Origin: a virus
Lineage: Duplodnaviria; Heunggongvirae; Uroviricota; Caudoviricetes
Length of the DNA: 64,000 nucleotides
Strand: one strand, 5' to 3'
Virus record (IMG/VR): IMGVR_UViG_3300029740_000238
Under the pieces are notes generated by a model. That model was not told the origin of the DNA. It was given only the letters and a program-made list of their open reading frames with translations, and ran no database searches. Position numbers and translations under genes: made by a program. Positions 28,928 through 36,748 of the stretch are shown in pieces. Position 1 is the stretch's first letter. The number at the start of each line of letters is the position of its first letter.

Positions 28928-30325
28928 TTACAACTTTAACTGCCCCACACAACTCTGCGCGGTGGGCAGTAGCTTGTGGGCCATCTCGTTTCGAAAATAC
29001 TTGGGGTCCACGGCCCGCATCCCGAACCGCACACGGTCCAGGGCATCTGCGTCCTTGAGAATCGTATATAGCAGCCACACCCGTTCTTTGTTTCGAATAT
29101 TGGATGTTTTGAGGTCTGCAAGAGCCTTGCGGTCATCCAAGCAATGATACTCGATGAGGAAAGCAGTTGCCGAATTGCATTCGGGAACAGCATCATAATA
29201 AATGTCATTGGACTTTGCTCCGTGACTGTCATCGACATCATCATTCGTCCGCCCAATATCATGATAAAGAATCGCATCACATAGCTGGTGGGATTCTTTT
29301 CTTGTTAAGGCAATGCCCTGAACCTGAACCAAAAGCAGCGCATCAAAGAGAACTCGCAGCGTATGCTCGGCGTCGTGCTCCTCATCATTAGCCCGGCCAT
29401 AAGCATCATACAGAGTGGAAATGCGGCTCCGGTAGCGCTGGTAGAGAGGGTAGAGCGCCTGGATTTCGTCTGTCAGAGCGTTGATACCGAGAAGCACATC
29501 GACCTTTACATCTTTTACGGCAGCCGGTAGGACAAGGACCTCTTTTTCCTCATCGTCCGGAAAATACTCGATGATGTCACATTTGCTGACATGGGCAGTG
29601 ATGATTCTGCTGTTCTCGAGACTCGGGATGCGGCAGGCGAAGAAACAGGCTGCCTTGTAGCTTGTGGTCCAGGAGAAAGATTTCTCGTATGGAGTTGACT
29701 TACTCCCTTCCCCGCGATAGATGGTCACAACATCCGGCAGGCTGGACAGCTTCTTTTCAGTATCTTCCTTTTGCTTTTGAGATTTTCCAGCAAAGACCTT
29801 TTGCAGGCCATTCTCACTGAGGGAAGAAAAGCCAAAATCACTGGTGCGATACAGGTCAAGAAAGAGAACATATAAGTCCTCACCAGGATTGGACAACTCA
29901 ATGTATTTAGAAAGAACCGATACGCGAAGGCTGTCTTCCAGGGAAAAGAGGTAGCTGCGAATAAAGGGGGCGTTTCCCGATGAGATTTTCTCGGCCATAT
30001 CCAGAACTCTCTGCTGAAACTTTTCGTCCGATTCGCCGTTCACAGCCAGACGCTTGTCCCCGTAAATGTTCAGAGAGAGAACAATGGGAACGGTCGTGCT
30101 ATCGAGCTCGCAATAATAGAGAGGAGCAAGCATATTGTGCGCAGCATAAATCTTGTCGATGGGGAGTCTCGGATACTTTTTAGCGAATTCAGTGGCTGTT
30201 ATACCGATGCTGTAGCCTTCTTTGTAGTACCGTTCAATATCCGCGCTCGTCTGCACTGCAGTGAGGGGTAGCATCGTCTCGAGACTTGCTTGGTTGATGC
30301 TTACAAGAATATCCCCGACCGTCAT
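28928..30325 (-). CDS. Multidomain protein: central ADP-ribosyltransferase-like motifs plus a C-terminal HD phosphohydrolase domain
   Basis: HD motifs at EHTLRV and LYHDIGR. Candidate R-S-E triad at YRG (aa 203-205), TTS (220-222) and EKEVLVLP (260-267). RBS GGAGGAGAAA. Confidence 0.55.
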   Translation of the reverse strand: MTVGDILVSINQASLETMLPLTAVQTSADIERYYKEGYSIGITATEFAKKYPRLPIDKIYAAHNMLAPLYYCELDSTTVPIVLSLNIYGDKRLAVNGESDEKFQQRVLDMAEKISSGNAPFIRSYLFSLEDSLRVSVLSKYIELSNPGEDLYVLFLDLYRTSDFGFSSLSENGLQKVFAGKSQKQKEDTEKKLSSLPDVVTIYRGEGSKSTPYEKSFSWTTSYKAACFFACRIPSLENSRIITAHVSKCDIIEYFPDDEEKEVLVLPAAVKDVKVDVLLGINALTDEIQALYPLYQRYRSRISTLYDAYGRANDEEHDAEHTLRVLFDALLLVQVQGIALTRKESHQLCDAILYHDIGRTNDDVDDSHGAKSNDIYYDAVPECNSATAFLIEYHCLDDRKALADLKTSNIRNKERVWLLYTILKDADALDRVRFGMRAVDPKYFRNEMAHKLLPTAQSCVGQLKL

Positions 30326-30792
30326 TGTTTTTCTCCTCCCACAATTCTTCTAACATAATTATATCATATTTTACAGATGGACGGGCCAAAATCGCAACTT
30401 TGTTCATGAATACTTAACCTTTATGCACGAGATTTATTGTTGCCTTAATATATAAAACTAGAGCCCCGTCATCTTGGATGGGGCTCTTGAGTTGTAGCTG
30501 GAGGTGTATCTCATTTTGTGCCAGGGGTATTGTATGGTAGTTTTCGAAAATGAGTGCAAAAAAACAAACACCAGAAGTCAAACTCAAAAATATCTTAGTC
30601 TTGGCAAGTTTACCCTTGCGCTGCTGTGCGAACTTCGTACAATAAGAATTGTACAAGAGAAACGGCAAGAGACATTTGTAGTGATTGTAGTTGGTCGCCA
30701 CGAATCGATGCCGCATCTGCTTGCGCATAATTACCTCTTTTCGAAGCCCACAGGTCATTCTCTCACCTGTGGGTTTTGTTTATTGCGGAATC

Positions 30793-30810
30793 GTGCGAAT
30801 TGCGGACAAT
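30793..30810 (+). promoter_or_regulatory. Recurrent promoter-like motif GTGCGAATTGCGGACAAT
   Basis: Family consensus GTGCGAATTGC-N-TACAAT. A partial second copy AGTGCGATTGTGAG follows. Confidence 0.45.
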
Positions 30811-30829
30811 TAAAGACAGTGCGATTGTG

Positions 30830-31190
30830 AGATGGGGCGATACCGATGCAGTAGGGATGAGAATCTTAGCAGCTAAAAGAGTCAACAACCCCGCCTAAAC
30901 CGGTTCGGCGGTTATAGACGGGGCTTGCGGGGCAACCTGTAAGCCCAGTTGATTAGCCTAAGCCCATTGCTCCGGCAGTGGGGAAAACTACGTTGTGTAC
31001 TAATAATATAGGCACCTTATCCATGCTCCACAAGTGGTGAGCTCTGCAGGCGTTTCGTTAAACATCTCCGAGGGGAGGAGAAGTGCGAGCGTTATGTCGA
31101 AAGGCTAAAACAGTGCATAACATTGGCGAAGTGGACCACAGGACGCAAGTCCTGACTTATAGTTTTATTACTATTTTACGAATGGAGAAA
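30830..31190 (+). other. About 360 nt of GC-rich, hairpin-dense non-coding sequence upstream of the flotillin gene; candidate structured leader or ncRNA
   Basis: Multiple stems (CCGCC..GGCGG, GGGCTT..AAGCCC, CCCATTG..CAGTGGG, AGGAC-GCAA-GTCCT plus a U-rich tail) and no ORF. Confidence 0.35.
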
Positions 31191-31198
31191 CAAAAATT

Positions 31199-32842
31199 AT
31201 GGTATATGTGATTGGAATTGTGGCAGCCCTGATTATTCTCTTTGGATTTCTCTGCTACAAGAAAGCTCCGCCCACGGAGGCTATCGTTGTAACTGGCTTT
31301 GGCCTGTCTAAGCCTAAAGTGGTTTGCGGAAAGGGTACATTTGTTCTGCCCGTTCTTCAACGGGCTGACCGACTGAATATGCGCCTTTTGAAAATCGATG
31401 TCAAGACTCCTGAAACAGGTGTTAAGACGAAGAACGGCGTAAGTCTCTGGATTGACTCTGTTGTCACGATTCAAGTCTACAGCGAAAACTCTACCGTTCT
31501 GGATGAAGAAGTGAAGGCATCCGGTCTGAAAGACGCCAAGGCGTACATCATGTCCCGCCAGCAGGCAGCCATCTCGAACTTTCTCGGCATGAACGAGCAG
31601 GGCATCAATGAGAAAGTTAATGACGTTCTGCAGGGCAATTTGCGTGAGATTGTCTCTGACATGACCGTTGACCAAATTCTGACGAACCGCAAGCAGATGG
31701 CTGTGAGCGTTATCGAGAATGCTCGCCCCGACCTTGCTAAGATGGGACTTGAGGTCGTGACTTTTAATGTCCAGGACATCAGGGATGCAGTGGATGTTCA
31801 AGGCCACAATCACGGCGTTATCGAAGCTATCGGCATCGAACAGGAAGAGCTCGTAAAGAAACAGGCTGAAATTGCCCGTGCTCAGGCTGCCCGTGATGTA
31901 GCCTGCGCGAAGGCCGATGCTGAGATGGCTGCAAATGCCAAGGAAGTTGAAGCGCAGACTGCGATTGCAAAACGCAACAATGAATTGCAGCTCGCCAAGG
32001 CAAAGCTGAAAGCTGAAGCTGATAAAGCTGCGGCTGACGCAGATGCTGCCGGTCAGATTCAGATGAATCTCCGCGCCAAAGAAATCAAAGAAGCGGAAGC
32101 GGATGCTGAAATCGCCAAGCAGAAGAAAATGGTAGACCTTGCCGCACAGGAAGCCGAGGTCCAGCAACGCAAACTGGATGCGGAAGTCCGCAAACAGGCA
32201 GATGCTGACCTGTACCGCTGCCAGAAAGAGGCAGAAGCCAAGAAATATGAGGCGGAACGTGCAGCTGAGGCACAGAAGTTCTCTAAGCAGCAGGAAGCAG
32301 AAGGCATTGAGCTTGTCGGTAAGGCAGAAGCTGAAGCGATTCGTCAGAAAGGCTTGGCTGAAGCGGAAGCCATGAAACAGAAAGCAGAGGCATATAAGCA
32401 GTATAACGATGCGGCTGTGGCTGAAATGCTCATCAAGGTTCTTCCTGACATTGCCAAGAGCGTGGCTCAGCCTTTGTCCAGCATTGATAAGGTTTCTATC
32501 ATTGGCGGTGATGCCTCCGGCGTATCCGGCGTTTCCGGGAACGTTCCTATCCTGATGGCTCAAACCATGCAGACGGTGAAAGAAGCGACCGGCATTGACA
32601 TGGGCGAAATTGTCCGTGCCAACAGCATCCAGGCAAAGACAGACCGCAACATCAACATTATGACTCAATGTGAACAGCCTGAGAATAACAAAGAGAAAGG
32701 AGGTGCCAAGGCAATGGAACGCGTAGAAGGCGGCTATCTGATTCATGAGAAGAATCTCAACGGTGAGGAAGTCACTCATTTTCGACCGGATGTGACCGAA
32801 GAAGAGAAGGCTATCATGAAAGACAAAAAGGCCAAAGATTAA
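31199..32842 (+). CDS. Flotillin-like SPFH/band-7 protein with an Ala/Glu/Lys-rich coiled-coil region
   Basis: N-terminal TM helix, SPFH core and long EA-repeat coiled coil, as in FloT/YuaG. Confidence 0.8.
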   Translation: MVYVIGIVAALIILFGFLCYKKAPPTEAIVVTGFGLSKPKVVCGKGTFVLPVLQRADRLNMRLLKIDVKTPETGVKTKNGVSLWIDSVVTIQVYSENSTVLDEEVKASGLKDAKAYIMSRQQAAISNFLGMNEQGINEKVNDVLQGNLREIVSDMTVDQILTNRKQMAVSVIENARPDLAKMGLEVVTFNVQDIRDAVDVQGHNHGVIEAIGIEQEELVKKQAEIARAQAARDVACAKADAEMAANAKEVEAQTAIAKRNNELQLAKAKLKAEADKAAADADAAGQIQMNLRAKEIKEAEADAEIAKQKKMVDLAAQEAEVQQRKLDAEVRKQADADLYRCQKEAEAKKYEAERAAEAQKFSKQQEAEGIELVGKAEAEAIRQKGLAEAEAMKQKAEAYKQYNDAAVAEMLIKVLPDIAKSVAQPLSSIDKVSIIGGDASGVSGVSGNVPILMAQTMQTVKEATGIDMGEIVRANSIQAKTDRNINIMTQCEQPENNKEKGGAKAMERVEGGYLIHEKNLNGEEVTHFRPDVTEEEKAIMKDKKAKD

Positions 32843-32974
32843 AGACAACGAATGAAAAGAGGGTGACTCGAAAGAGCCATCCTTTTTTCTGTTGTGACGC
32901 AAACGAAAAGTTCATGGTAGCCATCCAATTTGGGTGACTGTCTTTTTTGCATGTTAAGGCTTTGTTGCTGAATT

Positions 32975-32992
32975 GTGCGAATTGAAGATAAT
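32975..32992 (+). promoter_or_regulatory. Recurrent promoter-like motif GTGCGAATTGAAGATAAT
   Basis: Family member about 55 nt upstream of the 33047 gene. Confidence 0.4.
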
Positions 32993-33046
32993 TAAAAACA
33001 AAAGATGCTTTGTATCAAATCGATTGAAACCGAAGAGGTGAAGTTA

Positions 33047-33439
33047 ATGCTCGGCGTGAGTTTGATTATCATAGCAGCGGCTATAGTCTACATGGTCGAA
33101 ACCTATATCAGCACCTATTACACTATCGAATACATGCACGGAACATCGCTGTTCCTTATCCTCCTTGCGAAATATGGCACGCCAGTCCTGTTCCTGCTGC
33201 TCTGCGCCTACATTGCATATCGCAAATTCCTCAAAAAGCAGAAAGCTGCGGCTTCTGCTGCATCTGAACGGCCTACAAGCAAAGAAGAGCTGTATACCAA
33301 CAAAATTCAAACGGCATTGACACCTCCCACGATTGAAATCGTGGGATTCCTGGGCGGCGCGGCAAGGTTCATCGCCAAACCGTGTCTGAAACAGCGAGTT
33401 ATGTGGTTTCCCATCATGCACTACGGGTGTAGCGCATGA
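33047..33439 (+). CDS. Small membrane protein (possible flotillin-associated NfeD-like partner)
   Basis: 130 aa with two to three TM helices. RBS GAAGAGGTGAAG. The family call rests on position alone. Confidence 0.45.
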   Translation: MLGVSLIIIAAAIVYMVETYISTYYTIEYMHGTSLFLILLAKYGTPVLFLLLCAYIAYRKFLKKQKAAASAASERPTSKEELYTNKIQTALTPPTIEIVGFLGGAARFIAKPCLKQRVMWFPIMHYGCSA

Positions 33440-33449
33440 CGAGCATCCA

Positions 33450-33577
33450 GCCAAAATGGTTGACCAACATACTTGTCTGTATTCCCAGTTCTTTTAAGTG
33501 CATCCTCCGAAGGGAGTTTCACCTCTTGCGAGGCAGCTCTTTAATGAGGGAGTGTCGAACCCCCAGAAAGTTATTGT
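33450..33577 (-). ncRNA. Candidate TnpB guide (omega/right-end RNA) region at the IS right end
   Basis: By analogy, TnpB guide RNAs derive from the 3' end of tnpB plus the IS right end. A hairpin-rich segment lies directly downstream of the tnpB stop. Confidence 0.3.
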
Positions 33578-35314
33578 TTAGAATCCAATGCTTGCAGGAA
33601 GAGAACTTCCAACCGCCTGCAAGCGATGCTTTGTATTTTCGTGCATTTCTAAAAATGCAGGAAAAGCTGAATTAAGGGTTTCCATATTGTACTGCAAGGA
33701 TTCGATATCTATATGTTCAAGCAGGAAGGCAGAATATAAGTCACGCTGGACTACTTCTCCGCTGTGGAGACGAGCCATTCGCTCGGATAGTTTCTTTTTG
33801 GTATAACTTTCATCTGTATGGTCAAATTGCGAGGCTTTTGTTTCAAAGGTGCTGACTTTGATAACGCTGCCGCCATAACGATTGGCTTTTTTGTTCAGGA
33901 TGGAAATAAACATTGCGGGGGCGCAGCGGCTTAGAGACTTTCCGAACCGTTTTTTCGTATGTGCTCTGCCAGTTTTAGCGTTGATTTTTGTTTCTTTGCT
34001 GCGCTTCTGCAAGGCTTTGTAGTTCATATCTTCAACCACAAACTCGTTACCATATGCCAACAATTCGTTGGCGAGAATGTTGTGCTCCATTTTGCGAATG
34101 TCAGCTAACTTACGGTACAGGTTACGAAGCTTTGCACGCAAACGATAATACCTTTTGCTGTATTTCCACTTGCGCTTTTGTTTTTGTCCATGCTGTCGCT
34201 TCAACCTTTTGATTGTACCATCCGAATTATAGTATTTCGGATTCGTAGCGCGGCGCGAACGGTCCATTGCACGAAGCGTACAAGCGATTTCGTTCACGAG
34301 GCTTTTTGCCTGCGCTCTTGCAGACGGAGCGAGTACGCGAAGGTCGCAAACATCCTTACCGCTAAAGGCAATGGTTTGTGTACCGATATCAAGACCTATG
34401 CGCCCTTGATTGACAGGATGCTTCATCACACCGTTACTGTCGCATTTGGTGGGAGGATAGCCTTCTAAGATGAATTGTGCATAATACTTCCACTTGGTCT
34501 TAACCCACTTACGAGTAATGCGGCAGTATTTCACTCCACATTTGAGAGCTTCTTGCTGATATTTTCCTGTCTGAGTTTTAGGATTACGCAACACAACAGG
34601 AAATTCATGCTTTCCGTACACAATGCGCAGGTTGCCTTCTCCGATAGTGGGCTTAATTTTTGCGATAGCGGCAGCAATTTCAGCTTCCATTTGTGGTTTT
34701 ACCTCATCAGGAAGAACGACTTTCTTATCGTCTTTAGGGTCAGGCCGCCCGTACATATCATCGTATCGCTTCTCGACGGCTTTTTGCGCCTTGCGCTTAG
34801 CCGACTCAATATTGCTTGTAGTGAGGTTTGCCGGGCGAAGCACGATACCGGTGAAGTTGTTTTTTCCGGAGATAGCTGCTAAATCATCTAACCTTTTGTA
34901 GTGAACCTCTTTTCCTTTGCTAAAGAAGAAAGTGCTCCATGCTTTCCAAACATCAGAGGCAACTGCCTGTGCTATATGGGAGTTTATGGCATAGTGCTTC
35001 GCGTACGGCACAACCAACTTATGAAAAGCATCTTCAGAAAAACGATATTCTTTAAGCATCTTTTCGCGTTGCTTAAAGAGTGTTTTTTGCTCATCGCTGT
35101 CGGGAGTTGCTTTTGCAATAGCTGCCATCAACTCACGATACTTGCGCGTCTTGCGCAATTGATGCCACATTTTTGTAGTCGCACTCACAAGCTGATTGTA
35201 GATGACACCACACTTCTTGAACTCCTTATACAGATAGTCTTGCTCGTTGAGACTTATATCAAGAGGCAATGTCAATACAAATGATGGCGTGCTATTCTTG
35301 CTCCCGAAAGCCAT
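33578..35314 (-). CDS. tnpB: TnpB (IS605 OrfB family, RuvC-like RNA-guided nuclease homolog)
   Basis: GLDIG (RuvC-I), VVEDMNYKALQKR (RuvC-II) and C-terminal QRDLYSAFLL (RuvC-III-like) motifs. 578 aa. Confidence 0.75.
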   Translation of the reverse strand: MAFGSKNSTPSFVLTLPLDISLNEQDYLYKEFKKCGVIYNQLVSATTKMWHQLRKTRKYRELMAAIAKATPDSDEQKTLFKQREKMLKEYRFSEDAFHKLVVPYAKHYAINSHIAQAVASDVWKAWSTFFFSKGKEVHYKRLDDLAAISGKNNFTGIVLRPANLTTSNIESAKRKAQKAVEKRYDDMYGRPDPKDDKKVVLPDEVKPQMEAEIAAAIAKIKPTIGEGNLRIVYGKHEFPVVLRNPKTQTGKYQQEALKCGVKYCRITRKWVKTKWKYYAQFILEGYPPTKCDSNGVMKHPVNQGRIGLDIGTQTIAFSGKDVCDLRVLAPSARAQAKSLVNEIACTLRAMDRSRRATNPKYYNSDGTIKRLKRQHGQKQKRKWKYSKRYYRLRAKLRNLYRKLADIRKMEHNILANELLAYGNEFVVEDMNYKALQKRSKETKINAKTGRAHTKKRFGKSLSRCAPAMFISILNKKANRYGGSVIKVSTFETKASQFDHTDESYTKKKLSERMARLHSGEVVQRDLYSAFLLEHIDIESLQYNMETLNSAFPAFLEMHENTKHRLQAVGSSLPASIGF

Positions 35315-35318
35315 AAAG

Positions 35319-35720
35319 TTACCCTCCTCTCTTTTTTTGCTGTTCTACATAGTGTTGAATCGTAGCGGTAGACACATCTCCGGCAGTGCTTACAAAATAG
35401 TTGCGTGTCCACATTTGCATTTCGATGTCGGGAAAAAATTCTTTCTTTAATTGCCTGCCGGTGGTTCCTTTAATAATTTTCATGATTTCTGCAGCACTTA
35501 ATGTAGGCGGAGCATTCACGAAAAGATGACAATGGTCGATATGACATTCCATTGCCAGTATCACAATGTCGTTTTGCTCACAAATTTGAGTTACAAGTTC
35601 CTTGAAACGAGCTTCAAACCCATCCACCAGAAATAATTTTCTCCGATAGCGTGGGCAAAACACAAAGTGATAATTTATCATAGAAACGGTTGTTTTTGTG
35701 CGTCTGTAGTTTCTTTTCAT
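35319..35720 (-). CDS. tnpA: IS200/IS605 TnpA (Y1 HUH transposase)
   Basis: HIDHCHLFV (HuH) motif and a catalytic Tyr in RNYFVSTAG. Confidence 0.85.
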   Translation of the reverse strand: MKRNYRRTKTTVSMINYHFVFCPRYRRKLFLVDGFEARFKELVTQICEQNDIVILAMECHIDHCHLFVNAPPTLSAAEIMKIIKGTTGRQLKKEFFPDIEMQMWTRNYFVSTAGDVSTATIQHYVEQQKKRGG

Positions 35721-35920
35721 GTATCTATTTTATCACAATTCAGACAATTTTATGTTACAGATATATGAACTTTATATCACAACATCGTCACATTACAATT
35801 ATATTGGCAAATACGAAGAAAACCATTATTGTCGGCCTATCATCCCACGGTTGAAACCGTGGGCTTTCCCGGCCTTCATTTTGTAAAGACAAAAAGCGTC
35901 TTCTCAGAGCAGGCTGACCA

Positions 35921-36227
35921 AATGCTGTATCAGGTACGGCGCTTCGGGCAAAAAATGGCCGTTGCCTACAGCATGACCCAGGATAGCAAGACGTCCGGGG
36001 AACAAGCCAAGTGCCTAACGTTATTGGAATCCGCAGAACGTATCTTCTATGACCGACTGGATGACGCGATTCGCTCGGCTTCAATGTTTGATGAAACGGA
36101 ATACAAGGCTTTCTGTCTGGTCGGAAACGGCACGGTCATCAGCTACCAGTGCCGGTCGATGGATGAGGCGGTCGATATGGTCGCCGCCTTGTACAATGGC
36201 AGAAAAACAGAAGCAGCGCAAGCATAA
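35921..36227 (+). CDS. Hypothetical protein, possibly 5'-truncated by the IS insertion
   Basis: ORF 35829..36227 begins inside the IS left end. The first plausible internal start is at 35921. Confidence 0.3.
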
Positions 36228-36247
36228 CCATCCTGCAAAAATATATG

Positions 36248-36284
36248 CCGTTCATCTTTTTGGGTGGACGGCTTTTTGTTTTGT
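36248..36284 (+). terminator. Rho-independent terminator (GGGTGGACGGCTTTTTGTTTTG family)
   Basis: GCCGTTCATC ... GGGTGGACGGC stem plus T-run. Confidence 0.55.
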
Positions 36285-36316
36285 GAATACAGCGATTCAG
36301 TGGCGAAGCGAGCCGA

Positions 36317-36373
36317 TTTTACCAGCAGTTTGATATTCTGCGGCATGATTTCCAGCAGTTTGATACTCTGTGG
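36317..36373. repeat. Tandem copies of TTT(A)CCAGCAGTTTGATAYTCTGYGG
   Basis: Copies at 36317-36343 and 36349-36373. A third copy is at 42521-42547. Confidence 0.7.
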
Positions 36374-36386
36374 GCAGTTGCACAGC

Positions 36387-36404
36387 CGTGCAAATTGCAT
36401 ACAA
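36387..36404 (+). promoter_or_regulatory. Recurrent promoter-like motif variant GTGCAAATTGCATACAAT
   Basis: Family member downstream of the tandem repeats. Confidence 0.4.
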
Positions 36405-36748
36405 TGGGAATTGGAAAACAAAAAGAGCGATGCAAGGCTGTATTTACAAAAAATCCTGTGAGCGTTTTTTAGTATTCATTAAACGACACGAAATTCAACA
36501 AAACGCGAAGAGAATACAAGAAAAGGTGAATGAAATCCGGCTGAGGCGGATAAAACTTGCGCTGAGTGGTTTGAAGTCCGGACAATGGGACAGCTAAAGT
36601 GGTAGAATGAAACAAGGAATACCTAAAATCAGATTTAACCGAAAAAACAAAAACCATGAATGAATAATTGGTTGCTAAAAAGTAACCGCTCGCTTTTATA
36701 CCCAAACCAACAAATGACACAAATCTGTTTAGAAAGGATAGGCACAAA

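Larger units (their letters stand above)
33450..35875 (-). mobile_element. IS200/IS605-family insertion sequence (tnpA plus tnpB with subterminal hairpins)
   Basis: A Y1 HUH transposase gene and a TnpB gene lie in tandem. A perfect 9-bp stem CCCACGGTT-gaa-AACCGTGGG at 35844-35863 sits upstream of tnpA. Confidence 0.75.

Noticed and set aside
31157-32902. 581-aa minus-strand ORF.
   Set aside because: It is antisense to the flotillin gene. The GCN/GAA-rich coiled-coil coding region leaves the opposite strand open by chance.
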